DNA of 63,393 nucleotides, counting the filler, from Cercozoa sp. M6MM (taxonomy: Eukaryota > Protista > Endomyxa: Ascetosporea): assembly GCA_040357565.1 (NCBI GenBank). It is 10 parts of 10 records of this genome, joined end to end, with 100 filler letters (N's around TTAATTAATTAA, not from the genome) between each part and the next. Parts side by side here need not be neighbours in the genome. Positions count along the whole stretch, not along the records: positions 31,220 to 38,767 come from JBDODJ010000618.1; positions 38,868 to 45,587 come from JBDODJ010000702.1; positions 45,688 to 51,716 come from JBDODJ010000800.1; 7 more parts are not named here. The stretch is one strand, 5' to 3'. A program made the position numbers and the translations under genes. A model generated the notes under the pieces. It was not told where the DNA came from and made no database searches. It saw only the letters and a program-made list of their open reading frames with translations. Positions 36,951 through 48,737 of this stretch are shown here, in pieces (within the stretch, counting starts at the first letter, position 1; every line of letters starts with the position of its first letter).

Positions 36951-38767
36951 TTGAGTAATTTACTCGAATTACTCTGCCCTTTTTGAGCACTAAACGCACT
37001 CTAACCTACCGAAATGGTGCCCACAGTTAATTACCCACAGGATGCACGCCTTGAAATTCTCTAAGCACTCGTGCACTTCGACAATGAAAAATTACTCGCT
37101 TGGTATAAATTTTTGGGCTGGAGTAATGTCAGTAATGTGAGTAATGTGAGTAACTGGCTTGGATACTCCGCGATCCCGAGACTTTGGTTAACCAGAAAAA
37201 GATATTTGTATAGCTCGTTTAACTCAATGTGGGAATTCTCTCAAACTGAAAAAAACTACGTGCACACTACTGCACTTAGTAGGGTACCTGAAAAACTCTC
37301 TTTACTAGGATTTGGTTGTTTCGCTGGCAGCTGTTAAAAAAATAAAGATCTCGAACGTTGTAGCCTGCACTAACTTTTCATATCATACGAGTGTACAGTG
37401 CTGTGGTTTCATAGCAGTGTGTTCATGCGTGCTGCTGTTCCGTGAGCCAGTTTTCAAAAGCTGTTCGGCTGCACTGGGCCCTCAGTGCCAGGCGGTACTG
37501 GTAGGTACGGAAGTGGCCGTTTGAAGAGTCGAAAGGGTTGCAGCGGGCACTTGGTGCGAATTTTTGTGCTGTATTTATTTCTTGTTGTTTTTTGTCTTTT
37601 TGTTTCATATGTGCATTATGTTGCTTTGTGTTTCTAGAAGCAGGCGTTTAAAAGAAGAAATGTATTGCAAGTATGGCATCCTACGGCCCACATCCTACGG
37701 CCCACGAGGTAGAGGTCTATAGACCTGGGGTAAAGTCTGCGTCCTCTGTCGGTGCGAGGTGATACCGAGGTGATACCTGTCGGAAAGAGGCCGTGTGCTG
37801 TCCTTACGCACAAGGTTTCTTTCATGCGTCGACGCAACCGGACACTGACGGATGGAGCGACTTCGCTGGGTATTCGTGTTGTTAAATCCCTTCTTTTTCT
37901 CCTGTCCTGCCTAACGATACTAAACAGCATTTGCGGTGACTCTGCGATGCTTTCGCAGCTGTCGGCGAAGTACCCCGACTACGCCGACGACAATTCGCTG
38001 GTGTGTTTCCTTTAAAAGAACCTCTTAATCTCCGTGATGTTTCTTCGTCAAGACAGGTGAACGACATCATGGAGCAACCGTCGGCTCTGATGCTGCGGGC
38101 GGCCAGCGGCCGCAACAAGAAGACCCACGGCTCCTGCGCCCGCCCGTATCGTGACCTACAGACGCCAGGTGTTTCGAAAAGCAAGTTGCAGCGCGCTCTC
38201 CCAGTGGTCTTCGGCGTCATTCTGTAGCTTTAATCACTTAATTGCCTTCGTATTCGTTTCCGACCTTTCTCATGCACAGTCGAGACGCAAGTCGCTTGTC
38301 GACGCACTTACAAAGACTTCTTCTTGCTGCCGCCGTTACATTCGGCTCTCCGTCTCGTCAAGACAGTGACATTAATTCTGTTTCGGGGGCTTTGGTATTT
38401 GACGTCCCTATTCCGTGATGGTGCTGTCCTAGTGTTGCATATATTTTGTTCTTCAGCGTGCCTCGTACGACAAGTGGCTTGTCGTGCTGCAACCCGAACA
38501 GTTGGTTTCAGCCTGATCTCTCGCCTGGGGAATCGTCGTCTGTCGAAATGTGTCGTGCGCGTGACGTTGGCCATGCTTGGTATCGGGCCTGTTTGTCGTG
38601 TCACAACGCAAGTTCTCTTCTGCCGGTCCAGAAGCCGAGTAACTCGAGTAATTTATCGGGTAACTCGAGTAATTTGTGAGTAACTTGAGTAATAATCAGA
38701 GTAATCTGAGTACTAGCTTGGTAACTCGAGTAATTCGTTGAGTAACTCGAGTAATTCGTTGAGTAAC
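36951..38767. mobile_element. Possible DNA-transposon-like element with GAGTAA(T) subterminal arrays (right end cut by contig end)
   Basis: GAGTAA/TTACTC motifs cluster at 36953-36975 and 37090-37155, with a dense (CTC)GAGTAA array at 38637-38767. Confidence 0.4.
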
Positions 38768-38929
38768 NNNNNNNNNNNNNNNNNNNNNNNNNNNNNNNNN
38801 NNNNNNNNNNNTTAATTAATTAANNNNNNNNNNNNNNNNNNNNNNNNNNNNNNNNNNNNNNNNNNNNATATATATATATATGTATATATACACACACACA
38901 CATACATACACCGCGAAAACCTTAAGTCG

Positions 38930-39818
38930 ACGCAAAGTCCGACATGGCGACCGATGTGAGACCAATGCTACTGAGAGCTGTCGTTTCGCCCGAGTCAAGG
39001 CTACCGAGAGTTCTCATTTCGCCCGAGTCGCTCAACTGTCACCATCACCGTTTGTTTAACTGTCGTCTATTCAAGCAAACGAAAGCAACATATGAAAAGT
39101 ACAGTACCGAAGAAGAAAAATTACTAGATAAGTACGCCGACTCGGCGCAGCTTCTGCCGTTTTGGGTTGGTTCGACAGGCGCACCGTAAAGTCTTCCACG
39201 TCGTAGAATTCCTCGACACATTCATCGGCATCGTCCTGCTTCTGTCCATTAAAAGCAGGGTAAGAAACCAGTACGATGAGAAGGATCGCCAACAAAAATT
39301 CGCACGAAATGTACGAAAAGCGACTTCCACAGCCCAAAGCAAAAAAAAAAGACTGAAGCAAGAAAGCAAGCAACAGTCCCAAAGGATAACAGGAGTAAAC
39401 CAGAATAAGTAATACGAGAGTGTGAACCGCAGGACAGCAAACGACGCAACAACTTCAAAGTCTGTGTGTCGGTCGGGTTGTCCACGAATTTACTGTTTGT
39501 GCCTCAGTGAGACCCCACAAAAATTGACTTCTGACGGATCCAAGCATGATTACAACAAGAGGCGAGACAGCAACGCGAATACCAGCATCAAAAAAAGCTC
39601 AACGTCTGTCTCACAGCCACGTTGCTGTGCATGCCGACCGTTCCATCGGCCTCCTGTATATTAAAAGCGCATTGACCGCAGCGAGGCACCGACAAGCAGA
39701 CACATACCACAAGCAACGCTGGGGGAACACCAATGGCGTGCGCTTTGAATGTCTCTTCGAGGAATCCGGTGTGCACGGACTCAAAATCGTCGAGCTCGTC
39801 CTGCCACATCCAGGACAT
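38930..39818 (-). CDS. Possible uncharacterised spliced gene
   Basis: Open exon-like blocks (WQDELDDFESVHTGFLEETFK; DDADECVEEFYDVEDF) with GT-AG gaps. Model is unresolved. Confidence 0.3.
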
Positions 39819-40800
39819 CCATCACGCCCAACAAACCAATAAATTTACGCACAGGAACTTCAAAAACGTGCGCTTGCGTGCGCACCCGAAATTCAGAACT
39901 AAGTACACAAACTAACCACTCACAGTCAGCACACGGCAGCGAATAGCACATCAAGGCGCAGAGATCAGGCTGGCTGGGTGGCTACAGTTTACTGACCTTT
40001 GGTCACCTGAATGTCGGTGCGGGTGCATACGTGTACCGTGTGCACGTAGAGCACCTCACCCAGGTATTTCTTGCCTTTTATAGCAATTACAGGTGTGTTG
40101 CTTGTTCAGTTCAGTTTCTGTTTGTTTTCTGCGCTAATGCAGGTGCAGGTGCAGCGCGAGAATGCAGCTCGAATTTGAGCTGCAGCGCTATCGTGAGCTG
40201 TCCCTCTACCGTCGTCTGCTCACGGTTAGTCCAGTCCAGTGCACACCTACAGTATAACTCTGCTTTTGGAAATAAAGTTTGTGTGATTTTAGGAGCCACC
40301 CAGCGCCTCCGAACTGGCTGCAAAGAGTACGCGCCCAGAATAGTCGGTGTGACTGGACCAAGCGAAGAAGACAAGCGACGCTGCCTTGGCGTACTTACCG
40401 ATTCTAGGAGCCACCCAGCGGCCTGGGTTCAAGATTCACCCGCCGTTGACATGCTTCAACGAGAACCTTGGTGTGCTCGTTGGCGCATCGACGCAGCAAC
40501 TGGTGCCCTGCGTCTACCACACCGACAGTAGACCTGCTGCACCACCTTTCTTGTACTGCACATCTGTTAAGTTCGATTCGTCGGACATCTTGAATTTCTA
40601 GTTTTCTAACTTCCTACTTTGTAAGAGTGAGATTTTAGTGCATAAATTTGTTGCGCGAAGAACTCTTGCCCCGTCGTTATCCAACGCAATCGATTAACTC
40701 TGACGGAAAACAAAAGGAGGCGGTGAGGCCTTCCCCGTACCGTCACGATAATAAAATGAACAAAACCCAAGCACTCGATCGATCGATCGAAACCGCGAGA

Positions 40801-43580
40801 TTAGTGAGCCAGTCGCATGAAGTCGCCCAGCTGCGAAAAAGCCTCCAGTTGCTCCTGCGCAAGGGAAATCTAGTTATGGGGAAAGGTGAGTACAGGAAGG
40901 GGGTACCTCAGGCGTGAGTGACAGGAAAGACGCCACAACCGACGGCACCGTCACGGCCACACGACGACAGAAGGCGTGGAAGTACACGTACACAAAGCAG
41001 CCTAAGTGAGAGGGGGTACAGAAGAAGAACAAGGACAGACAATGGTTAGGAGGCTACCCATGAGGATCTGGCAGTCCATGCGGTCAGTGAGACCGCCGTG
41101 ACCAGGGATGCCTATACATACAATGATAGGCCGCATATATATATATATATACATCCCAATATCAGTTATATTCAATTATATTATATATATATATATGTAT
41201 ATAAGCATATTCGAAAATACTGGTGCCAAAGTCCTTGGCACCGATCGCCTGTGCAGCATACCCATTTTACCCCCCCCCCTGTACTCCTTCCCAATACAGG
41301 TACCCTCTTGATGCCGCTCGCAAAGAATCCGCCAAACGGCGCGACTAAAACGTTGAGGGGTAAGGGGTAAACATAGGGGTATGATAGGGGGTAATAGACA
41401 GGGTGTGATGGGGGTAAAGGACAGGGTATGATGGGGGCAAACAGGGGGGTAAACAGGGGGGTAAACTACCGATGGAGGCGAACATGCCGAGCGCGAGCGC
41501 GTGCAGCTGAAACTCGCTGACGGTGACTCCCACCACCGGCAGCGACACCGACGGCACGAACATCGGATCGATCTCGCACCTGCAGGCACAGCGATCACTC
41601 TCAGTCACTCTCAGTGATCACTCTGATCCATCACTCTCAGTCACCACTCTGAGTGATCACTCTGATCGATCACTCTGATCGATCACTCTGATAGACACGG
41701 TGTCACCTCGACCAGCCGAGTGAGAAACCGTCCGTCTTGGGACACACCCAGAACTCGTAGCGCTGCAGCACCGACGCCAGCAGCACCTGCCCNNNNNNNN
41801 NNNNNNNNNNNNNNNNNNNNNNNNNNNNNNNNNNNNNNNNNNNNNNNNNNNNNNNNNNNNNNNNNNNNNNNNNNNNNNNNNNNNNNNNNNNNGGGGGGTA
41901 AGGGGAGGGGAGGGGGTAAGGGTAGGGGGCAAAGGGTACCGTCGCAAAGGCCGTGCAGAAGGCGCCGCCGGCAAAGCCTTCCCAGGTCTACAAAGTCACA
42001 CACACACAAGTGGACCAGAGTCCAACTGGACGTACAAATGAACTGGTATAAAGTGGACCAGAGTCCAAATAGACCAGTCCAACTGGACCAGTCCAACCGG
42101 ACCAGGTACAAATGGACGTGCACGTACCTTCTTGGGCGACAACTTAATCAAACGCGTGCGGCCAAAGAAGAAACTGCTCGAGTAGGAGGCAAGGGGTGAG
42201 GGTAGGGGCAAGAGGGGTAGGGGTAAGGGGTAGGGGGTAGGGGGTAGGGTAGGGGGTAGGGGGTAGGGGGGAGAGGAGGGAGGGGGTAATAAAAAGCACA
42301 CGCACCCCACGATGTAGGAGAAGATGTCGTTGGAGATGATGAGCAGGATCGGCAGCACCGTCCAGATCATGCCTTGGAACACATTGGCCAGAATGGTGGA
42401 CGACTGCGCCACCACCAGCAGGTCCACCAGGATCACCCAGCCGAACATCTTGACCTGGTAGCCGTAGTGACCCTTCTTCAGCGAGAACACAAAGGCCACG
42501 AACGCCACCACCATCAGTCTAACCATACCGGGTTGGGGGTAGGGGTAAAGGAAGGTAGGAGGTTAGGGGGTAGGGGGTTAGGGGGTTAGGGGTGCGCGGG
42601 GGTAAAGAGGGTGCTCCTACGTGAAGGACACGAAGGTGTGGTAGCGGAAGATCCAGCTGGTCCCGGTGGCCGCCGCCAACTGCGACAGCGGCTCGCGCAG
42701 CATGCGGCCCACCGTGAAGAACACCGTCACCACCAGTGTGAACCAGTACCTACGACACTGACCAGGGTCAGACGTGCTGTGCCAGCCGACAGCTAGTCAG
42801 TCTACCAGTTGCGGAAGCCCGGCAATTCGCGCGCCTCGTTGCGCGATCGCACCAGCGACACGATCTCGGAGAACATGACCACCTGCATGGCCAGTACCAT
42901 GAGACACAGCGGTAGCTGACCACCTGATCAATCCCCGTCATCAGTTGACACGTGTCACTTGTGACCCACACACACACACACGCACACACACGGTCATACC
43001 TGCAATCACGGCGGAAAAGCCACCGAGCATCGCCAGAGTCCACTGTCAACATGTTTGCTTTGGTACAGTTGAGCTCGAGTTGAGTCAAGTTCGAGTTGAG
43101 TCAAGTTCGAGTTGAGTTCGAGTACCACAGTTCGTGTGTAAAAGCTTTGCATTCGCACCTGCGCAAAAAATGTGAAGTTCGCTCGAAAACCTCAAAATAA
43201 GACAAGCTTACAGCAGATTTCTCATTCACGAGCAGCTCCTTGTTTGAAGTGCCGTCGTTCGCACTCTTTGGCGCTCCGCTCTGCACAGTGTGCACAGATA
43301 CGCGCGGCGTCAAAGAGTTCGCGAAAGCACACATTCTTCGCATTCGAATCACTCACAAAACTGCAACGTTCAAAGAAACTGCTGCGAACAGCCAATCCGC
43401 GCGGAAGCTTCCGCGCACAGGTCAAAGATCTGATATCCGTTTCATTTAATTAAACGCATAACAGAGGATTTACACGCTTTCAAGCACAAAAGCACAGTAG
43501 CCTCGTTGGTCAGCGGAAAATCGCAAGCGGCAATAACAAACAACTCCAAAACATTGCACCTTGCGTTGACGCGGTGCCAT
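40801..43580 (-). CDS. CDS1: Phosphatidate cytidylyltransferase (CDP-diacylglycerol synthase)
   Basis: YHTFVSF; FVFSLKKGHY..Q...FGW; NDIFSYIVG|FFFGRTRLIKLSPKK|TWEGF.GG; APFGGFFASG.KR; GHGGLTDRMDCQ.LMG. Confidence 0.93.
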
Positions 43581-44071
43581 TGTGCGCGTCTCGAGACTAG
43601 CGTCACTCACAGAAGCTAGTTTTCGCACAATAACGCTCCCGTGTAGACTGCACACCAATCTTCTCTTCAAAGTCTACCGGCTCAGACCGTCCATCTGTAC
43701 TATCCCAGCGAGAATACTGAAGCACGATCACACAGTGACCAACCAGCTACCGGCTGCCAGCCACAGCTTATCATTCTTCTGTCAACTACGACATTGGTGC
43801 AAGGTAACACGTACCCCGTTGGTAGCAAAAGTGTGTCAACGGTTATTCAAACACAACTACCCTCACTCGAATGATCCCGAGCACCAGCCCCAGCTTGTCC
43901 GTGCTGTAGGAACAACTGTGTTGTGTGCAGAGGTGCCTGGATTCAGTGGGTTGCCGGCACACGTACACGCGGTCTGGCGCAGGTGTGTAGCTCGAGAAGC
44001 GATTTTTCGAGGCCAGAGTTTTTGTGCTGTCGTTCTGGATGTCGACAACGCCAACTTTGCGTCTGAGGATT

Positions 44072-45587
44072 ATGAAGCACAGCGACAGTGAAGAAGACGT
44101 GAGTTATCAGAAACATGACTCTTGTTGGGTGCTTTCGCCACTCACTGTTGCTTGCATGCAGTACGACCTGCCGCCGCCACCGCCGATGGACGAGCTGGAG
44201 GAGGAAGCGTCGTCGCGCAGCAGCGAAGGCATCGCCGATCGCCGAGCGACGCGGTCCGAATCTCCCACACGACAGCGGCTCAGTATTGAAGGTGCGTTTT
44301 GCTTTGCTTGAGTTGCTTTGCTTTGCTTGAGTTGCTTTGCTTTGCTTGAGTTGCTTTGCTTTGCTTTGAGTTGCTTTGCTTTGCTTTAGTTGCTTTGCTT
44401 TGAGTTGTTTCGCTGGATCTCGCGGCACTTCGCTTTGTTCGACAGAATTTGCGCTTTGTTTCGATGTTGCATTTTCTTGTAGCGAAAGAGCTGCGAAGAA
44501 TGCTCGAAGATGAGGTATCCCGGTCACGTGGGTCGTGTGGTCACTCTGTGTGGTCATTCTGGTGGTCATTGTGTGTGGTCACTATGTGTGTGGTCACTGG
44601 TCACCTTTTGACTTGTGCAGCGAGAGCGACGAGTGGAGGAAGTTACGGAACTCAAGGTGCAGCTGCGACTGCTGCAGCGAGAACTCGACGACGTGCGACT
44701 GCAGCTGCGTCAGTACCCCCGCCCCTTTACCACCTCCCTTACCCCCTTTCCCCCCCCCCCCCCTCCCAGAGCACAAGACGCAAAGAGTCGCAGCAGCAGC
44801 AAGAGCGAAAGCGAGGCAGGCGGTGTCACCACCACGCAGCCCGACTGCGACGAGCAAGTCAGTCATGTACCTTACCCCTCCCTCCCCCGACCTCCTACCT
44901 ACCTACCTCCCTATCCCTACCCCTATTCCCTACCCTACCCCAACCCTTATCCCCTACACTTATCCCCAACCCCAACCCGTATCCCCTTACCCCCTACCCC
45001 CCCCCCCCCCCCCAGCCGCACCGCGACAGTGCCGGCAGCAAGAGCGAAAGCGGCGTCGCCAAGGGCCGCGCTTCGTCGACATCCTCCAGTGTAGCCACCT
45101 CTCTCTCTGATACAACAGGTCGGGGCGGACCGGGTACAAATGGACGCGGTACAACTGGACGGTACCACACGTGGACACACTGTGCAGATGTCGACCTCGT
45201 CGGGTCTGGCGTCGCCGCGTGCTTCGCGCTTCGCCAATCGGTCGCTCTCGGTGGTAGTTTTACCCCCCTGTTTACCCCCCTGTTTACCCCTCCTGTTTAC
45301 CCCCCCTCCCCCTGTTTACCCCCTGTTCACCCACGTGCAGTGGAGTCAGGCCTCGCAGGACCTGGGAACTGGCGCCACGACAGCTCGATCCAGTCAGCAG
45401 GTACAGACGCTGCCTTAACTATGTGGATTGGACCTGTACATATGGACTGTACATCTGGACTGTACAATGGACATGTGGACAGGAGGCGGCCGAACTTTTG
45501 TCGCTGCAGTCGAAACTGCCCGTGCTGCGCGGCTGGCTCGAAAAGTGTGTTTACCCCCTCTTTACCCCCCTCTTTACCCCCCCCCCT
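44072..45587 (+). CDS. Coiled-coil/Ser-rich protein, 5' part (truncated)
   Basis: Exons MKHSDSEED|YDLPPPPPMDE|..ELKVQLRLLQRELDDVRLQL; ends in LRGWLEK at the contig end. Confidence 0.5.
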
Positions 45588-45697
45588 NNNNNNNNNNNNN
45601 NNNNNNNNNNNNNNNNNNNNNNNNNNNNNNNTTAATTAATTAANNNNNNNNNNNNNNNNNNNNNNNNNNNNNNNNNNNNNNNNNNNNGGGGGGGGGG

Positions 45698-46198
45698 TTA
45701 TGGTACGGTATAGGAAAAGTACTGTGTCAGCACGTGAATCAAGCCAGGGAGAGAGAGCATTCTGCGTTTCGCCTTATCGGCTTTCTTTCTGCAACTGTCT
45801 GCATGCGAACCTGAGCAACAAGACAGCTCGTTCGAATTCGTGCAATGTGACTTGGGTAGTTGGGGTTGTGGATCCATGAACATGCCTGTGAATGGGGTAC
45901 CAAAACTCGGCGTCGGTTGCAGAATACACTTGAGATGTTTCTCGCTCCGCAGACATTTGTCAAAAGGCGTTCCCTGTGGACACGTTGACAGCCGATCCCA
46001 GCGAGTGCTTTTTTCTCCAAGGTTCACGCTAGGGCAGAAGAAGCATGACTTGTCGATGTCGTTGTACACGTAGCTGCCAACACTTGGTGTCGCTTGCGGG
46101 ATACGTGCTGGTAGCAGGGGTCTGAGTTTCTCGTCGCGCACGCTTGCCATCACAGCCACCGACAAAAGCACGATGGAGAAAGAGGCAACTCGCTGCAT
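45698..46198 (-). CDS. Small secreted cysteine-rich protein
   Basis: Uninterrupted ORF with signal peptide MQRVASFSIVLLSVAVMA and nine Cys. C-terminus lies near the contig end. Confidence 0.55.
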   Translation of the reverse strand: MQRVASFSIVLLSVAVMASVRDEKLRPLLPARIPQATPSVGSYVYNDIDKSCFFCPSVNLGEKSTRWDRLSTCPQGTPFDKCLRSEKHLKCILQPTPSFGTPFTGMFMDPQPQLPKSHCTNSNELSCCSGSHADSCRKKADKAKRRMLSLPGLIHVLTQYFSYTVP

Positions 46199-46422
46199 GA
46201 CGGACAGACGGTGTGATCAGTTTAGCGTTATACGGCCTAAGCGAAGTACTCCTCGACTCGAACTGAACTTAACTGATCCGTGAACGAATTCAAACGAAGG
46301 AACCGAACTCGACAGCAAGGAGCTTTCTATTAAACCTGAAAGTCCGATGTACAACAGGTCAAACTCGCGTCGCGTCGCCGTTTTATCCGATCGGATGATC
46401 GATCAGTACAGTAAGCAGCACA

Positions 46423-48430
46423 TCACAGCTCATCATGCGTGTTGTCCTCGGCCGTCTCCGATTCGTCTGTCGCCTGCTGCTCCGCTAGTGTGATATCCTC
46501 CTGCCCAGTCGGTGTCTCCTCGGACGAATCGAACGTCTCCTCGGACGAATCGAACGGCGCCGGGAAACACGCGATCGCGTGCACTTGCGGTGCCTGTGTG
46601 TTCCCGAATAAACAGAGCGAGCGGGCCACATAGTTTAACGTACCAAATCGGCCTGACTGAAGGGCTCGAAGTGACACAACTCGGGCACAGCGACCTGGAA
46701 GCGGTAGGTGCAGTAGGACGGTTCGTCCAAGCGGACGATACGCGCGGATTCACCCTAAGGTACAAGGGGAATGTGATAGGGTACAAAGGATACATATGAA
46801 CTACCTTGTCTAGCATGTCGACAGCCAGTGCCTCTTGCGGACACAGGTACCACACTTCAGAGAAACGAGCTCGCTGGTTGGGACACCGCTCGCCTGCAAC
46901 AACGGGGGTAGGGTAAAGGTGGGTAAAGGTGGGTAAAGGAGGTAGCGGTAGAGAAAGCTACCATTGCCGCCGTCAAAGTACTGACTGATCACGTGCCGAC
47001 TTCGCCTGCCAGAGTGGGGGTAAAGGGGATAGAGGGGCTTGGGCTGATTCGATTCGCACAGGTGCTGTCGCTGCTGATGGCACTNNNNNNNNNNNNNNNN
47101 NNNNNNNNNNNNNNNNNNNNNNNNNNNNNNNNNNNNNNNNNNNNNNNNNNNNNNNNNNNNNNNNNNNNNNNNNNNNNNNNNNNNCCCCCCCCCCCAAAAG
47201 GGAAGAGAAGTGAAAGTGAAGAGCATACTACCACTCCGCCTAGTGCAAAGCGTTTCGGAATGTGTCCGAGGTCCCACCTGAGTCAGCAAAATACGACATC
47301 AAAGACAAAATAAAATAAGTAACAAAAAAGGAAAAGTACCTCTCGGCTTTGTCCTTGGTATCCTTGCCGTCTTTGGTATCCTTGCTGTCTTTGGTATCCT
47401 TGCTGTCTTTGGTGTCCTTGCTGTCTGTGGTGTCCTTGCTGTCCTTCGTGTCAGCCTGGTCGGAACCTTGTGTTTTGGTGGTTGGCGTGTGCAACTGCCA
47501 CAGGTTGGTCCACCCGCGCTCCAGTTGGTAGAAGAAGAACTCGTCGCTCTTGGGCCGAAACTCGAGTGGCGGTAATTCGGCGGCGTCGCCGAGAGCCTGC
47601 TGCAAAATCGCTGCGGCCGAGCTTTCGCGCTTCCCGGTCTCTCTGGCACCACACTTTGTTCCCCGGGGGGGGGGGGCTACATAGAAAGGTACCGCAGTGG
47701 AGCCAGCAGTTCGCGGAGTCGCTGCGTTGTTTGCGTCGCCACTTTCGTGTCAGGGATGTCTGCAGTAACTCAAGTCAACTCAAGTCAAAGCAAGTCAAGT
47801 CAAGCCAAGTCAAGTCACAGCAAGTCAAGTCAAAGCAAGTTAAGTCAAGTCAAAGCAAGTTAAGTCAAGTCAAAGCAAGTTAAGTCAAGTCAAAGCAAGT
47901 CAAGTCGATCAAGTTAAATCAACCGAGTCAGTCAACTCAACTTTGCCTGCAACAAAGCAAGCAAGCAAAACACATACCGCACAAGAACTCGCGCTTCTGG
48001 CTGCCCGTGGCTCGCACACGGTCCATGGCGACCGATGCCTGCACACTCAGTTCAGCTTAGTCCAGGCCAGCTAGCGCAGTTCAGTCCCAGTAACCGTCAA
48101 AACACATGCACACACTCAAGAGGGAAGAAAGCGGACCCGCGCAAGCTGCTCAACGGCGTCCAGCAGCGCCTGCTTCTTCGCCTCGTCGTGTTTCTTCGGA
48201 CTGCCCGACAGCGTTGTCAGCACCAGGTTACGCATGCTCTCCACTGCGCTTTTCTGCAGCTTCTCCTGCGACGGTTCTTCTGCGAACACTGTCACCACAT
48301 GCTGCTCGCCGGCACGCGCGATGTTGACGTCGCCTTGCTCCTGCAGCGCCTTGTACAAGTCCTGTTCGATCGCTGCATTGACGCCCAAGCTGGCACCAGC
48401 CAAACCAAAGACAGCCAGCGCCCTCAACAT
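46423..48430 (-). CDS. OS9: OS-9/Yos9-family ER lectin (MRH domain) with HDEL
   Basis: Signal peptide; SQYFDGGNGERCPNQRARFSEVWYLC; IVRLDEPSYCTYRFQVAVPELC; C-terminal HDEL*. Confidence 0.82.
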
Positions 48431-48737
48431 GTGGCCAAGTTAATTATAACCACTGGGTGCTTCGGTTGACTTTAAACCCCCCAGGGAACGGCCATACTTC
48501 GCAAAAGCGCCCCAACAAAAAGTGGCAAATCCTTTCGGTTTTTCGTTCGATCGTTCGAACTGGCGCAGCACAACTCTTGGTCTAGATCTACATACGCGAG
48601 CAGTTGGTATTTTGCCTAACAGCGCTATCGAGCATATCGGTCGCTTTCACTCGCCCCAGGTGCTTGCCTTTTTTTGTGCAAGCGAAAACCAATTTCCGAT
48701 TTTTGTTCCTCCAGGTGACCGCGTTCGGTCCGCGCGT

